A DNA stretch of 63,979 nucleotides, filler included, from Octopus bimaculoides (GCF_001194135.2; 6 parts of 6 records of this genome joined end to end with filler, not necessarily neighbours in it), one strand, 5' to 3'; shown: positions 1 through 13,330, numbered from the whole stretch's first letter. The notes: generated from the letters alone by a model not told the origin. Made by a program: numbers and translations.

Positions 1-808
1 ATATATATGCATATATGCCGTATTTTTATACCCTCCAATATCCTTACATCCTTTTTCATAATGTTTGAATTTTTTATATAATTATATTTCTTAATTAAGT
101 TTATCTCTTTTAGAACCTATTATCTCATTTTTTACCTTTGATTCCTAGTTTCAATCAATACAAAATGTGTACCCCTTTCTCAGATGAACTCTGCATATAA
201 TTTGGGTTTATTGTTTGAATGGTTTTATCATGACCACCTTAAAAATTTGCTAGGATGAAGTATTACGAATTTTGTATTTACAAAGAATTTGTGAAATTTA
301 TATTTATTTGTGAAATGTGTAAGCCCTGTATGTTCCTCGAAGTTTGCTGGATCTGCAGTGGTTTAAGTTAAGGATGTGGTGAAGCGAGTTGAGAATACAC
401 TCATTCACTTCCATGATAAATTGAAGATTGTGGTAAAATTACGTGCAGTAGCATGTTAAAAGTAAAGGTATACAACATTATACTAATCTTACATTGCTTC
501 ATATGTTGGAACTACCTACCTTTTCGCATGAAAAGTCTTATCACACACCAGCAAATATAGTCTGTTATTTCCAATACACAGCAAGACATCCTACTTAGCA
601 TTGAGTGACTAAAGCGGTGTCTGTAACTGAGGAGATGAAGCCATTTTAAAACACTGTGTCTAGATGTCTGATTCACGTGGAAGTTCGCTTGAATGTGTAT
701 TTACACACACACACGCACACACACCACGCACACACACATACATATACACAGCTACACGCACAAACACACATACGTACACACACAAACGTGTATGTATATA
801 TATATATA

Positions 809-1509
809 CAGTATCTCACAGAAGTACGTACACCCCTAAAAAAATTCGGTAAAATTGCCATTACTCTGATAATATCAAAGGAAATCAAACAAAGTTTATA
901 CTGGATAAAATATATTATACATGCAAACATACAAATTACGAACACAAAACAATAAACCTGTTTATTGCTTCGCCGTCCAGCAGCTTTGTACTTCTGAATT
1001 ACTTTGGCAACTGTGTTTACGCTAATATGTATTCGTTTGCTAATTAACTTGTATCCCAAAACATTCTGGTGCAAATTAAAAAAAAATTTTCTTCAAATCT
1101 TCATACAATTCTTTTCTGTTCGGTGCCACTGAAATCACAATGAAGATTTTCACTACGGTAAACAAATCAGAATTCCTGCAGATGCAATAACAATGACCAG
1201 TGCAAAAATGCCAGGAGAAATAATTTATTAGAATTGAAATTATCAGCAATGTCTGAATTTAGCAACAACGTGGATAAAATGCTCAGTAACATATTTCCTT
1301 GGGGGTGTACGTACTTTTGTAACGTTTGAAGATTAATATTTCGTTCATATCTTTGAAAATGTTTATTGTTTTGTGTTCCAAATTTGTATAATGTTAGCAT
1401 ATATAGTATACTTTATTCAGTATAAATTTCATTTGAATATCCTTCGATATAATCAGAGTAAGGGCAATCTTAGTGAAAATTTTTAGGGGTGTGCATACTT
1501 CTGTGAGAT

Positions 1510-1513
<4 letters not shown>
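809..1513 (-). mobile_element. Internally deleted Tc1/mariner (Tc1-like) DNA transposon with long terminal inverted repeats
   Basis: Left end CAGTATCTCACAGAAGTACGTACACCCCT (809) is the reverse complement of the right end AGGGGTGTGCATACTTCTGTGAGATATTG (ends 1513). Arm similarity runs about 150 bp and both ends are flanked by TA. The minus-strand remnant GYKLISKRIHISVNTVAKVIQKYK (about 990-1074) resembles the Tc1 N-terminal HTH. Confidence 0.85.
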
Positions 1514-1557
<44 letters not shown>

Positions 1558-1574
1558 TTATATATATGCGTTAT

Positions 1575-2790
1575 CCTGGCCTCTGCAAATGCTTTCACTT
1601 CACTCCATACTTTTGTTCGCCAGCCAGCTCGATCCTAAGGAAAGGTTTCTATGTCCTTTGGTAGTCCTTATGCCGTACTTAAACCTCTTTTTAGGTTTAT
1701 ACCGATAACGATTCCCACTCTGCAAACTCGCTTTAAAACAGCTATTTGGGCGTGCATTAATCTACCATTCGAACAATATGTCCAGACCATCTCATCTGGT
1801 TTTTCAGAATCATTGCTTTAATTGAAGTGATACCTGCAAGGACATATAAGTTTGAAGTAAAAAAAAAACAACTCCATTTAGTGTTTAAAATGCGATGAAG
1901 GCAATTTTGATGGAATTGTCCTCACAATTTGAGATGTCTTTCATAACACGTCGATGTTTCAGAAGAATACAACAAGAATGGTAAGACAAACGAGTTGTAA
2001 AGAACAAATTTTGTGTTCTTATTTATATGTCGTTGGCGCTAAAAGCGTGGCTCCAAACCACCAAATGCTTGCGCTGCCTTTTGAATTCGCATATGTATTT
2101 CTGTGTCTAGATTCCCATCATTTTGTACAGAGCTTCCTAGGTAGATGAAAGAATCAACAACCTGAAGTAACTTACTCGTAACAAAACTTTTAGTGGGGCT
2201 ACAAACAGCACCACGTGCAGGTTGATACATTAAAACTGTCATTTTCAAGTTGATGGTCAAGCTAAAATCATCACAAGCTGAGTCAAATACAGATACAAGA
2301 GGTTGTAGGCCCCTTTCAAAATGACTGACTAGGTAGCTATCGTCAGCGTATCACAGTTCCGTAATGAGTGAAATAAAAACCTTTGTTTTGAATTTCAGTC
2401 TGGTCAGATTATAAACATTCCCTGTTGTTCGATATTTTATGTCACTACCCTCCTCGTAGTTTTCAAATGCGTGTGACAGCACAACAGGAAAGTATATTGC
2501 AGAGAGGATGAATGCATCAAGGTCCCCTTGCTTTTATGCCCTTTTCCACGGCAAGGGATTCAGAGCACCTACCTAGCTTTCTTATGTTGATGCAAAGCCC
2601 TGATCATGTTTACAAAATTTTCTGGGCAACCTATTTTCATTAGAATTAGCCACAGAGCATTTCGATTAACAGTATCGAACGCTTTGATCAAATCAACAAA
2701 GCAGTGGTAAAGGGCAAGATTCGGTTCAATGCACTTTTCCTTCAATGGTCTGATAGTAAAGATACAGTCAACTGTGCCCCTGGAAGAGCG
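1575..2790 (-). mobile_element. RTE-clade LINE, decayed reverse transcriptase and C-terminal region
   Basis: Minus-strand translations: FVDLIKAFDTVNRNALWLILMKIGCPENFVNMIRALH (about 2615-2700), VDSFIYLGSSVQNDGNLDTEIHMRIQKAAQAFG (ORF 2039-2260), QMRWSGHIVRM (about 1770-1800) and DRAGWRTKVWSEVKAF (about 1590-1635). Stops and frameshifts are present. Confidence 0.85.
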
Positions 2791-2953
2791 GAACCCACAT
2801 TAAGACTCAGATACCATATTTGGAACTATGAAGGTATTTAAACGTTCTAACAGAATACATACATACATACATACATGCATACATACACGTATACACACAC
2901 ACATATATATATATACATATATATGTGTACATGTATTTATATATATATATACG

Positions 2954-3021
<68 letters not shown>

Positions 3022-3708
3022 CATACAGAAGGAGTGAGAGTGAATGAGTGGGAATGAAAGAGAGAGAGGGAAAGGCAGAAATTTTGAGAATGGGGTAAGA
3101 AGTACACATCTCCATATATCCATACATAGTGCATTACTGTACAACGAAAGATAAGTCGGTTTTGGCTTCCTATCATAGAACATACAATAACATACAACAT
3201 CGGCCAAACACTTGCCATATTGTGTGCTCTGCGTTTATATACTAAAGTTACTTTGCTCTACCGCTCTATGGCTGTAATGCACCGCTCAAAAAGAAGGAGG
3301 CCATTTGTTGTAACAGAAGATACTCCTTCACTCCACTACTTCAGGGACGTTCATTGTAACATTGGAAACTTTACATATCAACGTTTGTTTTTTTAGTTCT
3401 CCTTGACTTCTGTTGTACGTGCCTTTCTTTGCAATTTATCAACTAGACGTCAGTAGTTGAAACCATGGCATGTTGTATTATAGATAATAGTCTCGCCTCG
3501 GTGGTTGTTGTTGTACTTGTATTTGTTGTTGTTGGTGTTGTTGTTGCTGCTGTTCGTGGTGGCGAAGTCGGCGGTGAAATTTGGTCGGTAGTATTAATTA
3601 ATAACAGTGTTGAGTGCAGAATACTTAAAACTAATTCTCAAAGAGATTATGGTAATGTTTGTTTGGGTTCTGTGTGTAAAGGAGAAAGACGAAGCAGAGA
3701 TACAGAAC

Positions 3709-3803
<95 letters not shown>

Positions 3804-3812
3804 TTATGCTTG

Positions 3813-3847
<35 letters not shown>

Positions 3848-4536
3848 GCGCGTATTTACGTATGTTTACACACAGAGTGAATGAGAGTAGGCGAGAGAGA
3901 TAGGGAATGAAAATGGCAGAGAAAGTTTTTGAAAAATTGTACAGTGAAAGAGGCAAAGAGCGAGTGAGTGAGATGGAAATACATGGGAGTATAGTGAGGG
4001 AATATATCAATCGTTTTAAGATATTAAAACAAACGAGCTTTGTAAATCTATTGGCTGCTGTCATTTTATCTGTGTATATATATTTATATAACTTCATGTA
4101 CAGGAGGTAATCTATTCTCGTATCAAGGGAATTGCGAGGTTTGTTTCCTGTTTGTTTTCTACCGTTTTTGTCCTATTTTTTTTCTTTGTTTGATTTTAAT
4201 GTTCTTGTTAAACATCACATTCATATAATATATATATATACATATATATATATACATACACACACATGCATACATACAACTATATACCTATATACATAGA
4301 GGTGTGTGAATATATATATTTATATACACGCATATATATGTATGTATATATGTATGTATATCTGTATATATGAATGTATATGTTTGTATATTAGTAAGTC
4401 TCAAAATAGCATAATGTGTTTATGTTATTTTTGATTTTTTTTTCACCCCAATTCTTTTCCTTGGTTGCTTTCTATTTCATATTTTTTGGTTTCGTATGTT
4501 ATCTTTGTAAAACAGTGTTAATTACATGTTTTAAAC

Positions 4537-4632
4537 CTAGCCGTCATCGCACGGTTTAGCACCGCCATCTTTCCTGCGGCTGCATCTAGTGGAGGCCACT
4601 CTGTTGCGGACAAGTTTTCTAGATTTCTTGTC
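4537..4632 (-). other. GC-rich island encoding a bZIP-basic-region-like peptide (possible exon or pseudo-exon)
   Basis: Minus frame reads DKKSRKLVRNRVASTRCSRRKDGGAKPCDDG*, close to Jun, ATF2 and ATF4 basic regions. The invariant Arg position is Ser and no leucine zipper follows. Confidence 0.25.
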
Positions 4633-4814
4633 TGATCATAACACATTCCATTTTATTCATAGTTTTGGATACCCTGAAAATATTCATATGTACTGCTCTT
4701 CCGGCCTTACACAAGATGCTAAATTATGTAATTAAGTCATGTAATAAAACATTATAACATTGATAATATTTACAATGATATATTACATAGACACGAATTC
4801 TCGAATTCAAGAGA

Positions 4815-4945
4815 AAGTGTACAATCGATTACATCATCTCCAATACTCTACTGATACTTTATTTTCTTGAACCCGGAAGGATGAAAGACAAAGATGACCT
4901 CAGCGAGTTTTGAACCCAGAATGCAAAGAGCCGGAACAAATACGC
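4815..4945 (-). mobile_element. SINE family B, degenerate fragment
   Basis: Reverse complement resembles the family core GAGTTCAAA...GAGGTC..CTTTG.CTTTCATCCTT seen at 31087 and 54661. Confidence 0.55.
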
Positions 4946-5073
4946 GTTTACTCTTCTTTTATATAAGGCGCCTGTTTAGTAATAACTGCCTCTCAACAGA
5001 GTGATTAACGTACACAACAGTTCATAAATTTCCTTTATCGTCTTCTTTGAGATATAGACTTAGAAACTATATT

Positions 5074-5322
5074 CTAACCGAAATCGTCGTCGGCTATATC
5101 TCGTATCCAAGAATTTATTCTTCTTGTCTGAACGTTTCTTTTATGGTGATGCCGTTGATCGCTCTGCAGATCAATTCTTGTACAGAAGAATGGCATTGAC
5201 TGTATGGCAATGCTGGTGGAGGACGAGGTTGAGTTTGGAGAACCTTTCAGCCTTGTCGTTTGATTTCTTCCACCCCCAGCCCCGGAGCTTTGAAGTTTTT
5301 TTGGCTCTGATGGTGATGGCAC
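5074..5322 (-). other. Ser/Gly-rich open frame, candidate exon of unknown product
   Basis: 82-codon non-repetitive ORF, more GC-rich than its flanks. A possible donor G|GTTAG lies at 5079/5078. No homology recognised. Confidence 0.25.
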
Positions 5323-5574
5323 ACCGCCACTTGGTCAGTGAACGTTTTTGTGGTAGTGCAAAATGCTAGTATAACCGTTAAATCTCTTTCATTCATCCTA
5401 TGTTGTGGTTTTAAAATGGAAGACGCACTTGAGATTATGTAATAAGAAAAACAACATATTCAAATAGTACCTCTTTGATGAATAATTTATTTCGATTAGC
5501 GTTGACTTATGATTGGAGAACAAAAACATCAACTTCAATGGAACTAATATTACCAAATACACAAGGCGATAAGC

Positions 5575-5790
5575 AGGCAGAATCATTAGTACGCTAGGCA
5601 AAATACTTAGCGACATTTTGTCTGTCTTCACTTTTTGAGCTGAAATCCCACCGAGAACCACTTTGCTTTTCCTCGTTCAGGGGTCGATAAAATAAGTACC
5701 ATTTGAATGTCGGCGTAGATGTAATCGACTTACCCCTCCCTTAAACTTTCTGTCCTTGTGCGAAAATTTGAAATCAATATTAGCAATAAA
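5575..5790 (+). mobile_element. SINE family B copy
   Basis: GGCAGAATCATTAG...GGGGTCGATAAAATAAGTACC...GATGTAATCGACTT matches the family B body. Confidence 0.7.
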
Positions 5791-6170
5791 CCGGGGCCGT
5801 GTTTAATGAGCAATAAATATACATCATGTTCAACCTTCTACTGGTTAGATTTCAATAACGTTATAAAAAAATGGCTTCGGTATCATGTCACTGATATTCA
5901 CTTGTAACCTCTATCCTTGAATATTCCCTGGCGGTGCTGATTGTGGATTCTACGTCGGCCTTAGTTGTCCCCTGAATACGTATACAAGAAATTAACTGTA
6001 AATGGTTGAGTATATTACAGACACATGTATCCTTAATGCTATTCTCAGGTTGAATACATGTGACTTTATGTGATGAGGCCGGACCGTTCAATTACATGGC
6101 TAATAGATGGCGAAAGAGATAGAGAAGGTGCGAGAAAAGAAACCACCCCAGCATCTGACTTATATTTGTG

Positions 6171-6455
6171 GAACCCGAAACGAAGTAACTTACAGTTAAT
6201 CTCGATGAGACTGGAAGTCAGAGCATAGAGAGACGGAACAAGTTCCGCAGGACATTCTATCAGCCACATTAATCATTGATTCTGCCAAGTTGCTACTGTT
6301 TAACTCCACTGGAAATTGAACTCGAAACTAAGCAACTTACAGCTAATCTCGATGAGACTGGAAGTCAGAGCATAGAAAGCAGGAACAACTTCTGCAGTGC
6401 ATTCTGCCAACCACATTAATCATTGATTCTGCCAAGTCGTCACCATTTAACTTCA
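6171..6455 (+). repeat. Tandem duplication, 2 x about 147 bp
   Basis: AACTTACAG.TAATCTCGATGAGACTGGAAGTCAGAGCATAGA and CCACATTAATCATTGATTCTGCCAAGT each occur twice with period 147. Confidence 0.9.
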
Positions 6456-6619
6456 GTGGTAGAGTCAAGGAAAAAGTATGTATGATCTAATTTATGTGTT
6501 TTTTTTTATTTATATTTCATAAAGTTAAATTAGTGCAGTTACAGTCATGATACGGTAATCTTTAGACGTAGATAATAAGTAATGACAAATTGTCTTTGTT
6601 GTTACCTAAACCCATTTTT

Positions 6620-7680
6620 AGTCTTAATTTTAGTCTTAATCGAGCAGTCTTACGATCAAAAGTATTACACTCAAAGCCATCTCATCGTTTTGTATTTGCA
6701 AATTGTCCATTGTGTCCTGCCATTTGTAAGTCTGTATGCTATGCTTTGAGGGAGATTTGGCTGCTCTTTATAACAGATCTACTGAATACCCAGTGGCTCA
6801 AACGTTAGCTCCTAAAAGTTGTAACAGATCACGACGACATAGAAGCAATTTATTGATTTCATCTAATCTTAGGCTAATGTTTTTTGGCAATAGCCTCAGA
6901 TTCACTAAAGCATTGTGAGTGGAATTAGCGAGATAAGGTGTGAAACTTCGTTTAATGTATTGTACATGCTCTTGCGTGGTTGACCTAATTTATTGCCTTG
7001 TCTGACCTCATGATGGTGAACTGGAAGAGTCATTGAAGTGTTGAAAAATAACGCCAGGCAGTATTTGTTTTAACCATGAGTTCAAATCTTATCGAAGTCA
7101 GTTTTGAATTTCATCAATTTGGGGCGGAGTAGAAAAGGACCAATTCATGGCAGTGGTTACTTTCTGGTGTTGGTCCCGGAAATCCCACCGATGACACCGG
7201 TTTCAAGGAATATCGACGCTTTGGCAGACAACATTGGTGTCAAAGAAAATGGATATTTGAATGTATGAGTAACTAACGGATTTTGCATAGAAAAATAAAT
7301 CAACCGTGAGCAATCTGTGGCACGATTGTGAAGCTTCATTGTCATCCGTAACCAACAGTGGTTGATACAAACATCTGGTATTTGGTAGGTGCAGGTTCTG
7401 CACTGTAGCAACGAATGCACTAAGTCCCTGCAATGTGATATTTTGATAATGTAGTCTCCCCTTGTGTTGTGGTTCTTTGCATCTTGTCCTGATTGTGGAT
7501 TCTACGTCGTTCTCAGGTACTTGAGCAACAATCTATTATTCAACGCATTGAATTCCTAGACATGGAATTATCTGCAAGTGGCTGAGTATTCTATGGATAT
7601 ATCTATATTAAAGTTCTTAAGTGGGATTAGCGTAAGGCAATGTGACGAAATGAGTCTTTCATTTATATGTAAAATACAGT
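6620..7680 (-). pseudogene. Decayed coding-like segment of unknown family, partly paralogous to 5888-6110
   Basis: One minus frame has few stops over about 340 codons, including an open run of about 110 codons at 7203-7540. It shares the 21-mer CTGATTGTGGATTCTACGTCG (7489-7509 vs 5937-5957) and a similar peptide (ILSHLQIIPCLGIQ vs ILNHLQLISCIRIQ) with the 5888-6091 ORF. Confidence 0.35.
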
Positions 7681-7710
7681 GGAAAAGGAAGCAGAATAAT
7701 CAACTGGATA

Positions 7711-7777
7711 TGTGACCCGAAAGGACTAGTGGACTGGACTAGTGACCCCAAAGGACTAGTGGACTGGACTAGTAACC
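7711..7777. repeat. Tandem repeat, 2 x 30 bp plus partial
   Basis: GTGACCC.AAAGGACTAGTGGACTGGACTA repeats with period 30. Confidence 0.9.
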
Positions 7778-9177
7778 TCCAAAGTATAAAACTACGCTTT
7801 ACCTCGATAGTAATTGAAGTCGTAGTACAATCATTAAACCGCAGGAAGCAATACATAATAGATAAGCTTATGAAAAAAAGAAATACGCGATCCTAATCCT
7901 TCCACTAATCCATGACAACAAACAAATGTAACCCTGTCTTATAAGCATAGTGGATTGTTTATTAGGATTATATTTCCTATCCTTCATGTTAAACTTAATC
8001 CGAGATACATTTCGGATCATTGATTAACATGGAATTTTAATACAGTAAGGTTGTTGATGTGTTTCAGTCGAAACAAACACATATCACCAGGCATAAGTTT
8101 ACCGTTAGAGGGAAATTGGCTGCCTTCCTCACCCGTAGTTACGGAGGTGTTGAAGCATGATTTTGAAGCTTCCTTCCTCTTTTAACTATACGATATGTAC
8201 ATATATATATATATATATANNNNNNNNNNNNNNNNNNNNNNNNNNNNNNNNNNNNNNNNNNNNNNNNNNNNNNNNNNNNNNNNNNNNNNNNNNNNNNNNN
8301 NNNNNNNNNNNNNNNNNNNNNNNNNNNNNNNNNNNNNNNNNNNNNNNNNNNNNNNNNNNNNNNNNNNNNNNNNNNNNNNNNNNNNNNNNNNNNNNNNNNN
8401 NNNNNNNNNNNNNNNNNNNNNNNNNNNNNNNNNNNNNNNNNNNNNNNNNNNNNNNNNNNNNNNNNNNNNNNNNNNNNNNNNNNNNNNNNNNNNNNNNNNN
8501 NNNNNNNNNNNNNNNNNNNNNNNNNNNNNNNNNNNNNNNNNNNNNNNNNNNNNNNNNNNNNNNNNNNNNNNNNNNNNNNNNNNNNNNNNNNNNNNNNNNN
8601 NNNNNNNNNNNNNNNNNNNNNNNNNNNNNNNNNNNNNNNNNNNNNNNNNNNNNNNNNNNNNNNNNNNNNNNNNNNNNNNNNNNNNNNNNNNNNNNNNNNN
8701 NNNNNNNNNNNNNNNNNNNNNNNNNNNNNNNNNNNNNNNNNNNNNNNNNNNNNNNNNNNNNNNNNNNNNNNNNNNNNNNNNNNNNNNNNNNNNNNNNNNN
8801 NNNNNNNNNNNNNNNNNNNNNNNNNNNNNNNNNNNNNNNNNNNNNNNNNNNNNNNNNNNNNNNNNNNNNNNNNNNNNNNNNNNNNNNNNNNNNNNNNNNN
8901 NNNNNNNNNNNNNNNNNNNNNNNNNNNNNNNNNTATATATATATATATATATGTCTCTCTCTCTCTTACTCTCTTACTCACACACATACACTCACAGACA
9001 CACGCACACACACGTACATACATATATTTATACATGTATGAATGTATACGTACGCACACACACACACAAACGTATGTATATATACATATATATATGTATG
9101 TATCGCATGTAGTAACACACGTACACAACTAAATGGATTTCATCATTATTCAGATGATGTCATTCAATAGGATGGGA

Positions 9178-9463
<286 letters not shown>

Positions 9464-10349
9464 TGATTTATGCCTCAGTTATCAATTCCAATGCATATAT
9501 CTTGGAAATATCTACTGTATCTCATCACCCGGGTTTTATACTTAGCTTTAATTAATCATGTTAATTAAAAACTGGAAATAAATTTCATTCTAATTACATC
9601 CAGAAATGATATTTAATGTCAACACATGTCTACTATCTACTTCACTTAATATTTTTTGATTGAATTAAATATATTTTTTCTCATGCACGTCACTCACACA
9701 CACACACGCACACTCACACACACACTCTCTCACACACACATACATTCATGCACACACACTTTTTCTCTCACTATATATATATATATATATATNNNNNNNN
9801 NNNNNNNNNNNNNNNNNNNNNNNNNNNNNNNNNNNNNNNNNNNNNNNNNNNNNNNNNNNNNNNNNNNNNNNNNNNNNNNNNNNNNNNNNNNNNNNNNNNN
9901 NNNNNNNNNNNNNNNNNNNNNNNNNNNNNNNNNNNNNNNNNNNNNNNNNNNNNNNNNNNNNNNNNNNNNNNNNNNNNNNNNNNNNNNNNNNNNNNNNNNN
10001 NNNNNNNNNNNNNNNNNNNNNNNNNNNNNNNNNNNNNNNNNNNNNNNNNNNNNNNNNNNNNNNNNNNNNNNNNNNNNNNNNNNNNNNNNNNNNNNNNNNN
10101 NNNNNNNNNNNNNNNNNNNNNNNNNNNNNNNNNNNNNNNNNNNNNNNNNNNNNNNNNNNNNNNNNNNNNNNNNNNNNNNNNNNNNNNNNNNNNNNNNNNN
10201 NNNNNNNNNNNNNNNNNNNNNNNNNNNNNNNNNNNNNNNNNNNNNNNNNNNNNNNNNNNNNNNNNNNNNNNNNNNNNNNNNNNNNNNNNNNNNNNNNNNN
10301 NNNNNNNNNNNNNNNNNNNNNNNNNNNNNNNNNNNNNNNNNNNNNNNNN

Positions 10350-10383
<34 letters not shown>

Positions 10384-11924
10384 TGTGTATGTGTCCGTCT
10401 GTCTGTATCAGTATCTCTATCTATATTGTTATTGTGTTTGAACAGCCAAATTTATCCATCGTTCATGGATTGACATTAACTTATTATTTCCCCAGCGCAA
10501 GATTTTTAAGATTAGAAAATATTGCTAACCTGAAAAATCTTATCCTTAACATTTATCTTAACACGTACCCTACTACCATTTGTTCAAATCTGGAACATCG
10601 TACGAATGGCATTTTTTCGTTTTTTCTCTTTGTATTTTTCATTTTTATTTTGTAATATCTAGATTAAAACTGAAATATCTCATCAGTTGAATTAATTCAT
10701 GGTTACATGTTCAACTTTGTCACATTCATTCACATGCACATATATACAAACAGAAATACGCACACACAAACACACACATACACATACATATAAACATATA
10801 CACATATATACGCATAAAGAGAGCGCGATATCAATATATAGATAGGAAAATCAGACATAATACAAGAATAGAAAAGATTTGCAAGTAAATGAAACAATTA
10901 AAAGAAGAAAAAAATCAAATCATAAATTCGATAAAATATTTGAATATAAAAGGTAGATAAATAATAATAATAAAAAGAAGAAGAAGAAGAAGAAGAAGAA
11001 GAAGAAGAAGAAGAAGAAGAAGAAGAAGAAGAAGAAGAAGAAGAATGATATAGAAAGCTACCGACACCGTCTCATTTTTACTATCTTATTAATGAAGAAT
11101 ATAAAGCCTGCGTGAGATAAACTCGCACAGAGGTATATTAATCCACGGAGATATATATAAATCGCAGTATTAAATCTTGAATCCGATAAAGAAATATGGC
11201 AGAGGAAATGTATATGGCTTGATTTTTAATTTTGTTTCTGTGGAATTACCTTTTTTTAATCTTTTTTTTTAAATTCTGTTTTGTTTCGAATATTTTTATT
11301 TGAAATAGAGCCATTTTAAACAACATGTTTTAATACATACACACACACATACACACAAGCGCACACACGCACACACACACACACACACGCACGCACAAAT
11401 ATATATATAGATATAGATAGATATAATGTTTTCATATTATATAATGTTCAACGCGCTCAATCATTTTTATAGTAATCTTGACAACTCAAAGACGTTCGTA
11501 TTTCCAATCAACCTAAGCATCTCACTATCAAATATGACGAATATTTTATACTTGAATATATATATACAAGACGAACTGCATATCTAAATTCAAGACGCAT
11601 GTAAAAATGGAAATTGCGTTATTTCTAGAAGTCATGTTTCACAATTATATCTATTTTTTCAGTAATACTAATTCTTCATTACATAATTTCAATAGTTTGC
11701 GTAACTCTGTGTACCCTACAGGTGTGCAATGTTACCCTTTTTTTCTTTTTCGTTGCACAACATTGAAATTGCGTTATGTAAAATGTATCCTATTAGCAGG
11801 GTTCTTTCGTTATATTACACAAGAGTCCTAGAATTTATTTAATGTGTTCGTCTACAATTGTTTTTATTATTTTTCTTAAAGTCTCATAAAGTTATTTTTG
11901 TTTATGAACTTCGCATTCTGGTTA

Positions 11925-12480
11925 CACTATGCAACAAATTTCAGGTTCAAAAAAATTACAAGTTAAGTAAGACTTGTTTCTAGGTTCAAAAAATTATCCT
12001 GATTCTGATTCTGACCTTTATTTCTCCAGATTAGGCACCGTTTTCTTGTACCATGAACCATATGTTTTATAATATACTGCACAATATTGCATATTGAACA
12101 CAACATTGCAAATACTGAAAGTTACAAAAAACAAAACAAAAATTTAGTTGGTATAACAAAACATATATTAATTATGAATTAAAAACACACCTGTCAGTTT
12201 AAACAACTTTTGTCCTTCTAAGCCTCTTGTGCGGAGTGTGATATTTTTTATACCCCAGCAGTAGTCTGCCAACATGCCAGGGTTCCATTTTCCTTTAAAT
12301 CGTCGCTCCATCCATGAAATATCCTGATGGAATCCTTCACCATGTTCATCACTCATATCACCTAGATTTTCCACAGAAAAATTCAAATAAGAGTGAAGCA
12401 CATGAACTTTTAGAGACATGTTATATTCCATATCATAACTTCTCGTCCAGTACTGAGTTTTTCTTATCTACATTTCAACT
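11925..12480 (-). mobile_element. DNA transposon remnant, Chapaev3-like (CMC group) transposase C-terminus plus one putative end
   Basis: ORF 12168-12431 YNMSLKVHVLHSYLNFSVENLGDMSDEHGEGFHQDISWMERRFKGKWNPGMLADYCW matches the MSLK.HFLHSHLDFF..NLGAVSDEHGERFHQDI transposase motif. CACTATGCAACAAA at 11925 is a candidate terminus. The subfamily name is from memory. Confidence 0.7.
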
Positions 12481-13129
12481 GTGTTTAGTCTTCTCAGTGC
12501 TGTATTAATTTTCATATTTTCGTTGTTGAAGTCATTGTGGATTCAGAGATAGTTTCCTTTTTTTTTCTATTTAGATTTCTATGTTTTCCATGTCTTCGCA
12601 TGTTTAAACGTGGTATACTCTCTATTTACCATGAACTGTAGAAGTACGACAGTTGGAATAAGAAAACACTTCCTAAATAGAGTGAAACGGACGAAAGTAT
12701 CGAACACGCTCTTTGAAATTGTCTACTACTTGCATTATCTTGATCTTAACGTTGCTTAGTTGCTGCTGCGTTGCGTAGAACGAAAAGAACTGCCCTGCAA
12801 ATACAGAGTAAAACTAGTTGCGCTGCCTTCTTCTAACAAGTAAAGTTATACAACACGCAAAATACTACCTGCAGTCAAGATACACCAACTCGCGTTCGAT
12901 TATGTATAGAAAGCGTGCAATAAAATTACAGTTGTGTAAATAGAAATGTTAACTATGTTTGTAAAAAGGGAAACTAATTATATCTGCAACAACGCAATTC
13001 TCACAAGAAATTTCAATGGGGCTTTGAATTCTAAATTCTAAACCTAAACTAAATGTACCGAAAGCAGATACGTCAACCATGGTAAGAAATCATTAATGAA
13101 TGGTTAATATTTCTGCCTACAAAGGCAGC

Positions 13130-13330
13130 GCGCTGGCGGAATCGTTACCGTGCAGGGGGAAATGCTTAACGGCATCTCTTCCGACATTACATTCTGATTT
13201 CGAATGCCGCCGCTGTCAAATTTGCCTTTCGGCCTTTCGTGGTCGATAAAATAAGTACGAGTTGAATACTGGAGTTGATTTAATCGACTTACACCGTCAC
13301 CTGAAATTGCTGACCGTGTGCCAAAACTCT
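13130..13330 (+). mobile_element. SINE family B copy
   Basis: GCTGGCGGAATCGTTAC...TTTGCCTTTCGGCCTTTCGTGGTCGATAAAATAAGTAC...TAATCGACTT. Confidence 0.7.

Noticed and set aside
3240-3450. Possible leucine-zipper exon (VDKLQRKA...) for the bZIP-like segment
   Set aside because: The only plausible splice leaves the first Leu one residue out of bZIP register, and a stop follows within 16 codons.
6690-6740. MAGHNG resembling a Gypsy integrase zinc-finger start
   Set aside because: No C-x2-C or catalytic motifs follow, and it is flanked by stops.
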